From assembly GCA_021800275.1 (NCBI GenBank), contig JAJYZB010000002.1:70997-134996 (forward strand): 64,000 bases of DNA. The letters run 5' to 3'. Positions 45,038 through 56,090 of this stretch are shown here, in pieces. The position numbers and the translations under genes are program-made. A model generated the notes under the pieces. It made no database searches and was not told the DNA's origin. It saw only the letters and a list, made by a program, of their open reading frames with translations. The DNA is from a bacterium (lineage in GTDB: Bacteria; Vulcanimicrobiota; JABDET01). Every line of letters begins with the position of its first letter. The first letter of the stretch is position 1.

Positions 45038-46429
45038 ATGACATTTACGTTTGATGATGTGTTTGAGAGTCATTTAGATTTCCCCGAAAAATCTCTTTAT
45101 TTTTTCGATCTTTTTTTAGCGGCAACTCTTATTTGCCTTGCTGCCGTTACTCTGCTTTTCCCTTTTCACTTCAACCTGCAAACTTTTCTTTTATGGGGAA
45201 TTTTAGCGTGGGTAGGGCACAGACGCAAATTTTTTCTAAAAATCAAACAAACTTCTTACACCCTGGATCTCGCGCATCCAATTTATCTGGCTGCATTCTT
45301 CCTCCATGGACTTCCTTTTGCTCTCTGGGTTTTCACTGCTTCAGGAGCGATTCAAGTTATTCTCGCAAACAAAGGTATCAGGCGCTTTGGTCTGGAAGTA
45401 GGAACCACTGTTTTAATCTCAACCCTCATCTATTCAATCCCATTTTTCCGTTCACCCATCAATAAAACTAATTTGCCCCAAGCTCTGCTCTTCATCCTGT
45501 TATTTCAGGCTCTTTATGTTCCATTTCATGCCATGATGCTCAGACTTTTTCAAGGAAGACGAACCAATCTCAAATCTTTCGAAAAAAATTCAAAAGAAAC
45601 ATTCGACTTGCTAAATATTAAAGAAATAATAGAGGAATTGGGTTTTCAACCCTTTCTATCCAGTCTGGTCATTCTAATTTCTTTATGGCACGAACTTTTA
45701 ATCCTCTTCTTTTTCTTGTTCGTGTCAGACATAATTTTTTCCCTGGAAGAACAATCCCGCCTTGGGAGAGGACTCGAGCAGACCACCCAAATTTTAAATC
45801 AAGCCCTCTTGACAAAAGATGGAACCACAGAACGCCATACCGAAAGAGTCAGGAGATATGCGGAACTCATTGCCAAAGAAATGAGACTCTCTCCTAAAGA
45901 AATTGAAAAAATTGGCTGGGCTGCTAAACTCCATGACATTGGAAAACTCTTTATTAAAGACGAAGTGTTAAAAAAAGCGTCTAATTTAACACAGAACGAA
46001 TACGAACACATCAAGCTTCACGTAAAACTGGATAACCTTCTGGATCCTTTGTTTAAAATACACAATCCCCTTGCTGAATTCATACACGTGGGGAGACTGC
46101 ACCATGAACGATACGATGGACAAGGATACCCTTTCGGATTAAAAGCGTCAGAAATCCCGCTTGCAGCTCGCATTATTTCTGTTGCTGATGCCTGGGATGC
46201 CATGACTTCCAACCGCCCCTATCGAAAACCCTTTGAGGAAAAACTAGCTCTGAAAATCTTAAAACAGGGGGCAGGGACTCAATGGGATCCTGAAGTTGTT
46301 TTCATCTTTAATCACCTGTATGATTCTCCAGAAATGATGGGCATCAGAAATGAATATCAGGATTGGAAAAAAACCGAAACAAAAAGAACACTGCAGAGAT
46401 TCGCAAGGCTCCTGGCATTTGAGACGTAA
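45038..46429 (+). CDS. Membrane-anchored HD-GYP phosphohydrolase, paralogue 3 (more divergent)
   Basis: 'KLHDIGKL' and 'HHERYDGQGYP'; GAGAGGAG 8 nt before the ATG at 45038 (ORF track opens at 45020). Confidence 0.75.
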   Translation: MTFTFDDVFESHLDFPEKSLYFFDLFLAATLICLAAVTLLFPFHFNLQTFLLWGILAWVGHRRKFFLKIKQTSYTLDLAHPIYLAAFFLHGLPFALWVFTASGAIQVILANKGIRRFGLEVGTTVLISTLIYSIPFFRSPINKTNLPQALLFILLFQALYVPFHAMMLRLFQGRRTNLKSFEKNSKETFDLLNIKEIIEELGFQPFLSSLVILISLWHELLILFFFLFVSDIIFSLEEQSRLGRGLEQTTQILNQALLTKDGTTERHTERVRRYAELIAKEMRLSPKEIEKIGWAAKLHDIGKLFIKDEVLKKASNLTQNEYEHIKLHVKLDNLLDPLFKIHNPLAEFIHVGRLHHERYDGQGYPFGLKASEIPLAARIISVADAWDAMTSNRPYRKPFEEKLALKILKQGAGTQWDPEVVFIFNHLYDSPEMMGIRNEYQDWKKTETKRTLQRFARLLAFET

Positions 46430-46545
46430 GCCTGTTTTTCACACGATTGCAGAAATTCACGCAGCAGGACATGATCGCGTGGAATAACAATTATCACGCT
46501 GCAAGAGGATTTTTAAAAACCGTCTCGAACAAGCAATCAAGGTTT

Positions 46546-47460
46546 ATGAACGTGCGAAAAATAATTCTGCTGCTGAACATCTATCTGTTTTTATCGCTCA
46601 CCGCTTTTGCCTCTACATACTGGCATTATGCGGGATATGACATTTCCCCAGATGGTCTGATGCTCTCAAACTGGACAATCTCTGGACCTGCCGGTGGACC
46701 TAATCCAAGGTTATCCCATCCTCTTGGGAAAGCCATTTACGCGACTTTTACCCTGACCAATGTCAGCGATCAACCCATTCTTCTAACGAAAATTTATGTG
46801 GCATGTCATTATACGGGAAAGGCTCAAAAAATTCAAGCAGAACAAAAAGAAGATTTCGGCTTTCTTCAAAATGTAAGATTGAACCCTGGAGAATCTAAAA
46901 CTTTAACAGCGAGCTTTCCTTTAAACAAAACAGGAAATTGGAGACTCTGGCCTGCCTACAGGATTGGAAAAATTAAAAGCCACATCAGGTGGCATGATGT
47001 GATTTTAAGAGTCAGCAGAAGAGCTCTAGGTTTATTAGGCGGGATTCAATATTACAGAGGACCTGAAATAGTAAAAAGAGATGGACTCGAAGTGACAAAC
47101 TTCAAGTTGCATACCGTCAAAAATCCAAAAGTTGGAGATTATGCTGTTGTTGATTTTGACATTACCAATACAACCCAATATCGAATTTCTCTCAGCCCAA
47201 ATGGACTTTTTGTGTCTGCCAGAGACAATTATCCAACCGTGATTAAAAATTTTGGATTTAAATCCATTGTTCTTTCTCCCGGGCAAAGCGCCCATGTTCA
47301 TGCTGCCAGAGTGATGGATGGGAAAGGATTGTGGATGTTCTGGGCAGGCTACCAGATTAAGAAAGGCAAAAACACCTATTTTGGCAGAACAGTGACAACG
47401 ACTGGAGATATTTCACCTTTTAAATGGCATGATTTAGATGTGATTGTTCACGGCCACTAA
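46546..47460 (+). CDS. Secreted hypothetical protein built from two homologous domains
   Basis: ATG at 46546 gives a signal-peptide-like '[23 protein letters not shown]'; the two halves end in similar 'W..WPAYRIGK...WHDVIL' and '[11 protein letters not shown]...WHDLDVIV' segments. Confidence 0.5.
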   Translation: MNVRKIILLLNIYLFLSLTAFASTYWHYAGYDISPDGLMLSNWTISGPAGGPNPRLSHPLGKAIYATFTLTNVSDQPILLTKIYVACHYTGKAQKIQAEQKEDFGFLQNVRLNPGESKTLTASFPLNKTGNWRLWPAYRIGKIKSHIRWHDVILRVSRRALGLLGGIQYYRGPEIVKRDGLEVTNFKLHTVKNPKVGDYAVVDFDITNTTQYRISLSPNGLFVSARDNYPTVIKNFGFKSIVLSPGQSAHVHAARVMDGKGLWMFWAGYQIKKGKNTYFGRTVTTTGDISPFKWHDLDVIVHGH

Positions 47461-47471
47461 GGGCTTGCTCA

Positions 47472-49268
47472 ATGCCCTCACGACAATCTCTAATCCGCAA
47501 TTTTTCTATTATTGCTCATATTGATCACGGAAAAAGCACGCTGGCTGACCGCCTTCTTGAAATCACTGGTTCCATCTCAAAGCGAGAAATGCAGGATCAA
47601 ATTTTAGACAGCCATCCTCTTGAAAAAGAAAGAGGAATTACAATCAAAGCTCACCCTGTTCAGCTGCATTACAAAGCTAAAAATGGATCTATTTATACCC
47701 TCCACCTTATTGATACTCCTGGCCATGTAGATTTCAATTATGAAGTTTCTCGATCTCTAGCAGCCTGCGAAGGAGCTCTTCTGGTGGTGGATGGAACTCA
47801 AGGAGTAGAAGCCCAGACTCTTGCCAATTATCTCCTGGCTGTTGAAAACATGCTGACCATTATCCCTGTCATCAATAAAATTGACCTGCCAACCGCTGAA
47901 CCCGATCGAGTTGAAAAAGAACTAAACGAACATCTTCTTCTAGAACCCTCAAAAATTTTAAAAGTAAGTGCAAAACAGGGAACTGGAATTGACGAAATCC
48001 TGGAGATGATTGTTGAAAAAATCAAACCCCCGGCAGGGAGCCCTGAATCCCCTCTCCGCGCTCTAATTTTTGACTCACATTATAACGCTTATCGTGGAGT
48101 CGTTGTGTCAGTCCGTGTGGTAGATGGAATTCTTAAAGCGCAGCAGAGGATCAAGATGATCTCAACTGAAAAAGAATATATTGTTGAAGAAGTAGGCGTT
48201 TTTACTCCTGAAATGAAACCCGTTGAACAAATTGAAGCTGGGGAAGTCGGTTATGTGATCGCCGGCATAAAAACAATCAGTGACACGCAGGTAGGAGACA
48301 CATTGACACATGCTGAACGCCCTGCCCTTCAGCCTCTTCCAGGGTATCGCAAAGTCACCCCAATGGTTTACTGCGGGTTTTATCCAATCGAAAATTCAGA
48401 TTATCTCTCTTTAAAAGATGCGCTCGAAAAACTAAAACTAAATGACTCCTCTTTATTTTATGAACCAGAAACATCGGCCGCTTTAGGATTTGGATTTAGA
48501 TGCGGATTTTTAGGGCTTCTCCACATGGAAATCATTCAAGAACGGCTGGAAAGAGAATACACCTTAACCCTTTTATCCACTGCTCCTAATGTGGTCTATC
48601 ACATTAAAACAGGCGACGGGAAAAACCATGTTATTCATAATCCGGCTGACTGGCCTGATGGAAAAATTGAAATAGTTGAAGAGCCATTTGTAAAAGCCAT
48701 CCTTTTTACTCCTGAAGAATATGTTGGATCTCTGATGGACATCTGTCAAATGAAGAGAGGAATTTACCAGCATCTGGAATATCTATCTCCTGGAAAAGTG
48801 GAGCTCCAGTATGAGCTTCCTCTTGCAGAAGTGATTACTGATTTCTATGATCAACTAAAAAGCAGAAGCCATGGTTACGCCTCTATTGATTATGAATTCT
48901 CAGGATACAAAGCTTCTGATCTGGTTAAACTTGAAATTTTGATCGCTGAAGAGGTTGTGGATGCTTTAAGTTATATTATCCATAGAGATAATGCCCAGCA
49001 GTTAGGGCGTTCTCTGGCAAATAAATTAAGAGAAGTGATTCCCAGGCAGTGGTTCGATGTCCCTATTCAAGCTGCGATTGGCGGCAAAATCATCGCTAGA
49101 GAAAATATAAAAGCGATGAGGAAAAATGTGCTTGCCAAATGTTATGGAGGAGACATAACCCGGAAAAGAAAGCTTCTAGAAAAACAAAAAGAGGGAAAGA
49201 AAAGAATGAAACAGTTAGGTAAAGTTGAAATTCCTCAAGAAGCCTTCTGGGCAATCCTAAAATTATGA
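47472..49268 (+). CDS. lepA: Translation elongation factor 4 (LepA)
   Basis: '[20 protein letters not shown]' G1 motif, 'DTPGHVDF', full-length 598 aa. Confidence 0.95.
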   Translation: MPSRQSLIRNFSIIAHIDHGKSTLADRLLEITGSISKREMQDQILDSHPLEKERGITIKAHPVQLHYKAKNGSIYTLHLIDTPGHVDFNYEVSRSLAACEGALLVVDGTQGVEAQTLANYLLAVENMLTIIPVINKIDLPTAEPDRVEKELNEHLLLEPSKILKVSAKQGTGIDEILEMIVEKIKPPAGSPESPLRALIFDSHYNAYRGVVVSVRVVDGILKAQQRIKMISTEKEYIVEEVGVFTPEMKPVEQIEAGEVGYVIAGIKTISDTQVGDTLTHAERPALQPLPGYRKVTPMVYCGFYPIENSDYLSLKDALEKLKLNDSSLFYEPETSAALGFGFRCGFLGLLHMEIIQERLEREYTLTLLSTAPNVVYHIKTGDGKNHVIHNPADWPDGKIEIVEEPFVKAILFTPEEYVGSLMDICQMKRGIYQHLEYLSPGKVELQYELPLAEVITDFYDQLKSRSHGYASIDYEFSGYKASDLVKLEILIAEEVVDALSYIIHRDNAQQLGRSLANKLREVIPRQWFDVPIQAAIGGKIIARENIKAMRKNVLAKCYGGDITRKRKLLEKQKEGKKRMKQLGKVEIPQEAFWAILKL

Positions 49269-50674
49269 TCGAAAAAATCCTTGTCGTAGATGACGACCCC
49301 CATATCCTTTATCTTTTGAGAATCACTTTAAAAACAGAAGGATTTGTGGTTGTCACATGCCAGGATGACCACGGTCTTTTAGAAGTCATTAAAAAAGAAA
49401 AACCCAATCTTTTGATTCTAGATATCCTGCTGCCTGAGACAAACGGCTGGGATATCTGCAAACAGTTGCGAAAAGAACCTGAAACCAGCCAACTTCCTAT
49501 CATCTTTTTGTCTGCCCTGCCTTTGAAGGAAAAAGAAAGACTTCTTTTATCAGAATTAAACATCTTCGACTATATCACAAAACCGTTCGAACCTACTTCT
49601 CTTCTTGCAAAAGTAAAGAACCTTTTTGGAGTGCCCCAATCCCTGCGTCATCTCCTTCTTAAAACTTCTGATAAACCAGAAATAAAAAGAGGAATCTCCA
49701 CAAAAAAAGAAGAGGTTGTGATCATGGGAGCTGGACTTGCAGCTGTGGCAGCTGCAGAATCCTGCGCCAAGATGGGAATAGAACCATTAGTCATCAGCCC
49801 CTGGCCCTTTCTAGGAGGAGAAGTTTTAGCTTTGTATTCTCTTCTTCTACCAGCAGATGCACTGGAATGGAAAAACGAGAAAATTTTTCGCCTCCTGGAG
49901 AAACGAGAAAATATCAGATTTATAAAAGCTTTAAATAATTTTGTCCTTGATCCCGAAGGGGTCCGCCTGTCTGTCTATCAGATTCTGAAAGACTGCAGCG
50001 CTCCTTTTTATCTAAACAACCATCTTCTGGATATTATTCGAGAAGGAACAACTGTAAAGGGGGTCGTTGTAGAAGGAGAAAATGGCCCTGAAAGAATTGA
50101 AAGTAAAATCGTGATTGACGCAACTCTCGATAATAAAGCCAGTGAGATCGCTGGCATCCCCATTATTCATGAAAAAATAGAAGCAGAGGGAAATTTTATT
50201 TGGGGAGGAGTGGATGGAAATGCTTTCGAGAAAAGCCAGGAATCTGGAAAATTCACCTGGGGATGGAAACTCGAACTTCTGCCTTCCCTCAAAGAAGCTG
50301 TTCTGCTGAATGTAAAAATGGGTGAAGACTGGGAATCTTTCTTTTATGAAGGGATTGAAAAGCTGACCCTGTCTCTGAGAGAAAAGATCCCGGGATTTGA
50401 AAAAACATACTTATTGAGAAGGCCCCTCCATATTATGCTTGAAAAAAGAAAAATTTCCATGAGTTCATTCCCAGGTTATGGAAACATTATCCCTAAAACT
50501 TATGATCACATTCTAGTTGTTCAATCCTCTCCACTTGACCTCGGGAACTTTTACAAATCGGGAAAAATCGCCGGAATATTGGCAGGAATTTCAGTTTCGT
50601 TAAATCAAAATCCAAAAGAAATTGAATCCGGAATCATTCGAGAGCATCTTGAAAAAGAAGGAATCCATATCTGA
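49265..50674 (+). CDS. Receiver (REC) domain fused to an FAD/NAD(P)-binding oxidoreductase-like domain
   Basis: '[14 protein letters not shown]...[15 protein letters not shown]' REC; '[21 protein letters not shown]' dinucleotide-binding motif; start overlaps the lepA stop (ATGA). Confidence 0.6.
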   Translation: MIEKILVVDDDPHILYLLRITLKTEGFVVVTCQDDHGLLEVIKKEKPNLLILDILLPETNGWDICKQLRKEPETSQLPIIFLSALPLKEKERLLLSELNIFDYITKPFEPTSLLAKVKNLFGVPQSLRHLLLKTSDKPEIKRGISTKKEEVVIMGAGLAAVAAAESCAKMGIEPLVISPWPFLGGEVLALYSLLLPADALEWKNEKIFRLLEKRENIRFIKALNNFVLDPEGVRLSVYQILKDCSAPFYLNNHLLDIIREGTTVKGVVVEGENGPERIESKIVIDATLDNKASEIAGIPIIHEKIEAEGNFIWGGVDGNAFEKSQESGKFTWGWKLELLPSLKEAVLLNVKMGEDWESFFYEGIEKLTLSLREKIPGFEKTYLLRRPLHIMLEKRKISMSSFPGYGNIIPKTYDHILVVQSSPLDLGNFYKSGKIAGILAGISVSLNQNPKEIESGIIREHLEKEGIHI

Positions 50675-50682
50675 GTAAAAAT

Positions 50683-51927
50683 TTAAGGGATATCTTTCAT
50701 CAAAAGATCGGCTTTTGCCCATGCCCTCAACCCTGAAATCTCAACAGGATAAATGCTTTTCTTTTTTCGCATCGTTTTGCTGCCAACAGACAATTGTATC
50801 CGCTTTCCACTTTTCTCCCATAATTTTATCACTGCCGCAGGCTTAAAAATTCCAGGAGGGCTGCCAGAATAGAGAGGGCTTTCCAATCCTTTTAAATCAT
50901 TAATGATCAAATTGGCTTTCCAGCCTCTTACTTTTGTTTTCAAAGGTTTCTCAATCTTCCATCCTTTGCTTGTTTTCTTAAAAAGATAATCCTGAGTTCC
51001 ACGCTCAACTTCCAATTTTTCCACAGAACTTTCTTTAAAACCAAGCAGATGCAGATCCACAAAATGGCGAGGAGACTTCTCCAAGTCTTTTACAAGGGAT
51101 CCCGTTACAAAATAAGGATAATTCCGAGTGCTACTGAAAGCAGGGAATCCAATGCTAATTTTCTTAAAAATCTCTACATATTCAGGTTTTGCTTTGCCGA
51201 CTGTCCAGAGAGACAAAACAATCTGCGGCAGCTTTTCTTTCAAAGTTTCCTTTGTGCCTGAGGAAAACTTTTTCATTCGGAAACCAGAAATCTCACTCAA
51301 TAAATTCTGCACTTTCGCTGTTTCTGCTTTTGCCTTCAGAGGAGATATTAAAATCCATCCCATTTTTTTTCTTTTTAAAACAAGGGGCATCCCCTTAGAC
51401 TGAATCTCAATCTGAGATACATCGGCTGGTTTCAGATGAAAAAGCTTTTTAGATCTCCAGCGATTCAAAGGCTGCTCCACCAGTTTGCCTAGAAAAAGAG
51501 AAACGATGCACAATTTTTTTTGAGCGGGAATATAGGCATAATAGCCCTGATTAGTCGGAGTTAAATCACCAAGCAGCAAAGTCAAAATAGCGCCTGAACT
51601 CTGCCGGATTGAAACTGCATAAGAAAGCTTTGAAAGGCCATAATCCCTCATCTTTTCCTTTTGGAGTACACTGCCTTCACTGCTCAAACGAGAAAGAGAC
51701 TCTGTCAAATTTTCTGCCTGCACAGAAGATGCCCAATCAAAAATTGGCTTTCCCAGCAGCCAGCTTCTCTTTCCCTTTCGCTTCAACTCAATCACTTCTG
51801 TCCCATGTTTAATTTGTACCATTTGAATTTCACCCGCTTTAAGATCCTTGAAAATCCTATTTTTACTCCGCGCAGCAGGATGTTTTTGAAGATAAAAAAA
51901 ATACCCTAAAAGTCCAAGAAAAAGCAA
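50683..51927 (-). CDS. DUF4340-like protein, terminal gene of a GldG-type ABC transporter operon
   Basis: 414 aa, N-terminal TM helix; position downstream of the GldG-like gene matches the usual operon layout; domain call from memory. Confidence 0.55.
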   Translation of the reverse strand: MLFLGLLGYFFYLQKHPAARSKNRIFKDLKAGEIQMVQIKHGTEVIELKRKGKRSWLLGKPIFDWASSVQAENLTESLSRLSSEGSVLQKEKMRDYGLSKLSYAVSIRQSSGAILTLLLGDLTPTNQGYYAYIPAQKKLCIVSLFLGKLVEQPLNRWRSKKLFHLKPADVSQIEIQSKGMPLVLKRKKMGWILISPLKAKAETAKVQNLLSEISGFRMKKFSSGTKETLKEKLPQIVLSLWTVGKAKPEYVEIFKKISIGFPAFSSTRNYPYFVTGSLVKDLEKSPRHFVDLHLLGFKESSVEKLEVERGTQDYLFKKTSKGWKIEKPLKTKVRGWKANLIINDLKGLESPLYSGSPPGIFKPAAVIKLWEKSGKRIQLSVGSKTMRKKKSIYPVEISGLRAWAKADLLMKDIP

Positions 51928-51956
51928 AAAATAAACGAGAGTAGAAATACTTCTTT

Positions 51957-53348
51957 TCAGAGGCTTCTCCTGCGAATCCAGTTGGAAAATCCAAAGGCAA
52001 TCCCAAATCCTGGGAGAATAATAAAAACCAATAAAAGCAGCTGAGCAGCAGAAACTCTGTCCAAAATTAAAGGCTGCCCCTGATTATTTTTGGGAGGAAT
52101 CGCAAGGGTGTTAGGACTCTGGGAAAGCCAGGAGACAATATTCAAAACAAAATCCTGATTGGCGTAATCTTGTATCCACTGATTATCCGCAAATGAACCG
52201 CTCCCGATCACAACAACTCTTCCAGGAAGTTTTTTGTTTTTTAAATTTGGAAGCTGCACTGTCATGGCAACTGGAATCTTTCCACTTAAAATTGGTTTTT
52301 TAAATGTGACTTGCACCTTTTTGCCCTGAAAATGCAGCGGGAATGCCTGACCAAACGTAGAAGTGCTGACCAGAGGAGAAACCTTCATGGCAGAAGGAAG
52401 GGACATAGATGGCAAGAGGTTCCTGGCTAAAGGCAGCACCAGAAAAGAGGGAGTATTGGTTTTTTCAAAAGGGCGCGTAATCGGGCTTTGCCCATAATGA
52501 TTCGCAACTAAAATCCCAGGACCAGCTCCTAAAAGTCTCACGTTTGGATCCGCATCAATCACCAGATTCTTTCCTGCTTCAATCCCAAAAGACTTCAAAA
52601 AATTCACGTTCTTAGGGGAAGTTCTAAATCCGATAAAAAACAAAATTCTTCCACCTTTGTGAAAATAACTTAAAAGCTCCTTTTTTTCAATAGAAAAAAA
52701 AGGATAATGAGGGTCTGCCTCAATGACACAGGAAGCATTCTTAGGAATGGCTTTTTCTTTATATAAAACAAGATTTCTAACCACGAAATTCTCATGTGTC
52801 ATGGCTTGAATCACTTGAGAATAGCCGGTTGAACCACTCGAATTTGGATTAGGGGCTCCGGGCTCATCCAAAAAATAAACAACCCGTTTTTTCCCTGTGA
52901 TGAGCAAATTAATGGCATTCGTGATTCGGCTCTCATCAGGCTGGGTAATAAGGGTAGGAGGATTGTTCTGATACTTTACAGCAACCACAGGAGGAGGAGA
53001 TGTAATTCCAAATTTTCTAGCTGTCAAAGGTTCTGAATTCGGATTCACAAAATGCACCCTGATCTCCGAAGAAGCAGCTCTGTATTCATGAATCAACTCT
53101 TCCAAAGATTGGTCATGAGGAGAGATAAACGCCCAGAGATTTAATCTGTGATGCAGAGAGGAGAGCACTTTTTTCGATAGTCCTGAAAGAGAAAAAATTT
53201 TATTTTTCGTTAAATCCCACTGCTTTGGATGGAGAGAGATGAAATACTGAATGAGAATGCAAATTCCTAAAACAAGAACAATATTGAACCATGAACCTGC
53301 GCCTTCTTTAAAGGAACGAGAAAATCTCATTCTTTTGCTCCCTGCCAA
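51957..53348 (-). CDS. GldG-like ABC-transporter auxiliary component
   Basis: 463 aa with N- and C-terminal TM helices; overlaps the upstream ABC-2 permease gene. Confidence 0.6.
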   Translation of the reverse strand: MAGSKRMRFSRSFKEGAGSWFNIVLVLGICILIQYFISLHPKQWDLTKNKIFSLSGLSKKVLSSLHHRLNLWAFISPHDQSLEELIHEYRAASSEIRVHFVNPNSEPLTARKFGITSPPPVVAVKYQNNPPTLITQPDESRITNAINLLITGKKRVVYFLDEPGAPNPNSSGSTGYSQVIQAMTHENFVVRNLVLYKEKAIPKNASCVIEADPHYPFFSIEKKELLSYFHKGGRILFFIGFRTSPKNVNFLKSFGIEAGKNLVIDADPNVRLLGAGPGILVANHYGQSPITRPFEKTNTPSFLVLPLARNLLPSMSLPSAMKVSPLVSTSTFGQAFPLHFQGKKVQVTFKKPILSGKIPVAMTVQLPNLKNKKLPGRVVVIGSGSFADNQWIQDYANQDFVLNIVSWLSQSPNTLAIPPKNNQGQPLILDRVSAAQLLLLVFIILPGFGIAFGFSNWIRRRSL

Positions 53349-54109
53349 ACTCGACTCTGCAAAACTTGATACGTTAAAAACTGGAAGAAAAAAATAAAAA
53401 GCAAATAAAAACTCAAATCAGGGATGCTTAAAACTCCTTTGGAAAAATTGACAAAATGAATCAAAATAGAGAACTGATGCAAGATTTTAGCGATTTTAAT
53501 AGTAGAAAAGCGATTTATTCCCCATGAGAGCATCCACAACATGAGCAGAACTCCAAGAGTGATGACAAAAGATGTTCCTGTATTTTCATTTAGAGATGAA
53601 ATCCAGGTTCCCACAGAAATATAAAGCCCGCCCATCAAAAACATCCCTAAATACTGCACAAAAATAACGGGCCACTGAATTTGCGCCAAATGTTTCAACT
53701 GAAGAAACAAAGGATACAACAGGGTTGGGAGAACGATAAAAGCCATCAGGGTTATAGCACCGAAAAACTTGCCTAACATCAAGTCTAAATCACTGATTGG
53801 ATAGCTGAATAAAAGTTCAATGGTTCTAGTTCTCTTTTCCTCAGAGAAAAGTCTCATGGTAAAAAGAGGTGTCAAAAATAAAAGAATCAAGGTCAAATTT
53901 TGAACAAGGGAACGAAAAACAAACTGCATCACATCAACATCTGACATCCCGAATGGGTTTGAGCTGTTCATGGCTAGAGAATAAACAATAGCCCAGAACA
54001 GGTAGCCAGAGACAAAAAGAAAACAGGTGAATGCTGCATAAGCTGCAAACGAAGCAAACGCAATTTTAGTCTCTTTCGCCCAGATAATCCAGACGTTTCT
54101 TAATTTCAT
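53327..54109 (-). CDS. ABC-2 type transporter permease
   Basis: 260 aa, six predicted TM helices; start overlaps the ATPase gene stop. Confidence 0.65.
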   Translation of the reverse strand: MKLRNVWIIWAKETKIAFASFAAYAAFTCFLFVSGYLFWAIVYSLAMNSSNPFGMSDVDVMQFVFRSLVQNLTLILLFLTPLFTMRLFSEEKRTRTIELLFSYPISDLDLMLGKFFGAITLMAFIVLPTLLYPLFLQLKHLAQIQWPVIFVQYLGMFLMGGLYISVGTWISSLNENTGTSFVITLGVLLMLWMLSWGINRFSTIKIAKILHQFSILIHFVNFSKGVLSIPDLSFYLLFIFFFQFLTYQVLQSRVWQGAKE

Positions 54110-55035
54110 GCGGATTCTTCCTTAGTAAGGATTTTCAGATAAACATCTTCAAAGCTCATCTCGCGCGTTTTCAGAGTCAATAAACTCCAATGATTATTAA
54201 TCACTGTGCTGGCAATCTCGTTACGCACATCTGTTTCTTGTGTTTCAAGGATAAAGGTCTGGGTTTCATCTGAAGGCTGACTTAAAACATTGACTTTTAA
54301 AATACCCTGAAGTCCTGATAACACCTTAACAATAGACTCCTGGGGACCTTTTATTTCGACTTCAACCTGGGGGGCATTTTGAATGCTTTTTCCAAGTGAT
54401 TCTGGGGAGCCTTCTGCCGCGATTTCGCCCTTGTGAATAATCACGACTTTTTGGCATGTCATGCTGACCTCTGGCAAAATATGGGTGCTCAGGATAACGG
54501 TCTTTTTTCTGGAAAAGCTCTTAATTAAATCCCGAATCTCTCGAATCTGTTTAGGATCAAGACCCACTGTAGGTTCATCTAAAATCAACACATCAGGGTT
54601 ATGAATAAGCGCTTGAGCCAGTCCAACTCTCTGCCTGTATCCTCTTGAAAGACGAGTAATAAGGGCATTAGACACTGATTCTAAGCCGCATTGTTCAATC
54701 ACCAGATCCCTATCTTTCTTTCCGCATTTCCAGATAGAAGCCACAAAATCCAAATATTCCATAACAGTTAACTCTGGATAAAGCGGGACTTGTTCAGGCA
54801 GATAACCAATCTTTCTTTTTACTTCCATTGGCTCTTTAATCACATCCATTCCTGCCACAATCGCTCTGCCTGAAGTAGGAGGAATAATTCCTGCCAGAAT
54901 GCGCATGGTTGTGGTCTTCCCCGCCCCATTAGGACCTAAAAAACCTAAAATCTCCCCGTCCTTTATTGTAAACGAAAGCTTTGATACAGCCTGTACTGCT
55001 CCAAAACTCTTCGTTAATTCTCTAACTTCGATCAT
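54106..55035 (-). CDS. ABC transporter ATP-binding protein
   Basis: Walker A 'GPNGAGKTT', signature 'LSRGYRQRVGLAQAL', Walker B 'LILDEPTVGLD'. Confidence 0.9.
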   Translation of the reverse strand: MIEVRELTKSFGAVQAVSKLSFTIKDGEILGFLGPNGAGKTTTMRILAGIIPPTSGRAIVAGMDVIKEPMEVKRKIGYLPEQVPLYPELTVMEYLDFVASIWKCGKKDRDLVIEQCGLESVSNALITRLSRGYRQRVGLAQALIHNPDVLILDEPTVGLDPKQIREIRDLIKSFSRKKTVILSTHILPEVSMTCQKVVIIHKGEIAAEGSPESLGKSIQNAPQVEVEIKGPQESIVKVLSGLQGILKVNVLSQPSDETQTFILETQETDVRNEIASTVINNHWSLLTLKTREMSFEDVYLKILTKEESA

Positions 55036-55146
55036 GCTCTTATCACAGCTGACAGCAAAATCTTATTTTCCAAACATGATTGTTTTCCTGCTTCAATTCC
55101 TGCCCAAAGGATAAAAATTCTAAATAGTTTAATAGGATTTCTAGAA

Positions 55147-56085
55147 TTAATGGCTTCCAATTCTATACTTAACACCCGTGTCAATAATCGTGGGAACCGG
55201 CGGGTCAGCCACATAATCGTAAAACCCTTTTTTTACTTTTCTTCCTAAATATCCCATTCTAACCATAAAGCGATTTAAAGGACAGGGTCTAAACTTGGGA
55301 TCCCCAAACTCTCGGTAAAGAGTTTCACAGGCATGAAGCTGGACATCCAAACCCACTAAATCTAAAAGCTGGAGTGGGCCAATCGGCATATTCCCCCCCA
55401 GCTTCATGGCTTTATCAATATCTTCCACTTTCCCAATCCCCTCATAAACAGCCCAGAAAGCCTCGTTTAAATAAGGAATGATCAAACGGTTAAAAATAAA
55501 CCCAGGTGTATCTTGAGCTTCAATGGGTTCTTTTCCCATTTTTTTTGCCAGATCCCAGGTTGTTTGAAACGTTTCCTGAGAAGTCAGTCCTGTTCTCACT
55601 ACTTCTACCAACTTCATCACTGGAACAGGATTAAAAAAGTGCATTCCTACAACCTTTCCCCCTCTTTTTGTGCAAAGGGCAAGTTCTGTTACAGAAAGAC
55701 TGGAAGTATTGGTGGCAATTACAGCTTCTGGTTTCGCGAGAGAATCCAGCTGCCGAAATACTTCTTTTTTTATTTCAAGATCTTCGGTAACAGCCTCAAT
55801 GATAAAATCTCCATTTTTAACCTTCTCAAACTCTGTTGTCAACTTCAAACGGGACAAAATTCCATCTTTATCAGAAAGAGAAATAGTCCCCTTTTTAACC
55901 AGTCGAGAAAGACTGTCTTCAATCCCTTCTTTTCCTTTCTTTAAAAATCGCTCTTCTGTATCCCGAACAATCACGGAGTATCCTGATTGAGCAAGAACCT
56001 GAGCGATTCCAGCTCCCATGGCTCCTGAACCTAAAACAACCACGGTTTTTATTCCTGCTACTGTATCTGCTAAAGATGCTGCCAT
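55147..56085 (-). CDS. hbd: 3-hydroxyacyl-CoA / 3-hydroxybutyryl-CoA dehydrogenase
   Basis: 'VVVLGSGAMGAGIAQV' NAD-binding motif and Hbd-like C-terminal domain. Confidence 0.85.
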   Translation of the reverse strand: MAASLADTVAGIKTVVVLGSGAMGAGIAQVLAQSGYSVIVRDTEERFLKKGKEGIEDSLSRLVKKGTISLSDKDGILSRLKLTTEFEKVKNGDFIIEAVTEDLEIKKEVFRQLDSLAKPEAVIATNTSSLSVTELALCTKRGGKVVGMHFFNPVPVMKLVEVVRTGLTSQETFQTTWDLAKKMGKEPIEAQDTPGFIFNRLIIPYLNEAFWAVYEGIGKVEDIDKAMKLGGNMPIGPLQLLDLVGLDVQLHACETLYREFGDPKFRPCPLNRFMVRMGYLGRKVKKGFYDYVADPPVPTIIDTGVKYRIGSH

Positions 56086-56090
56086 GTTGA

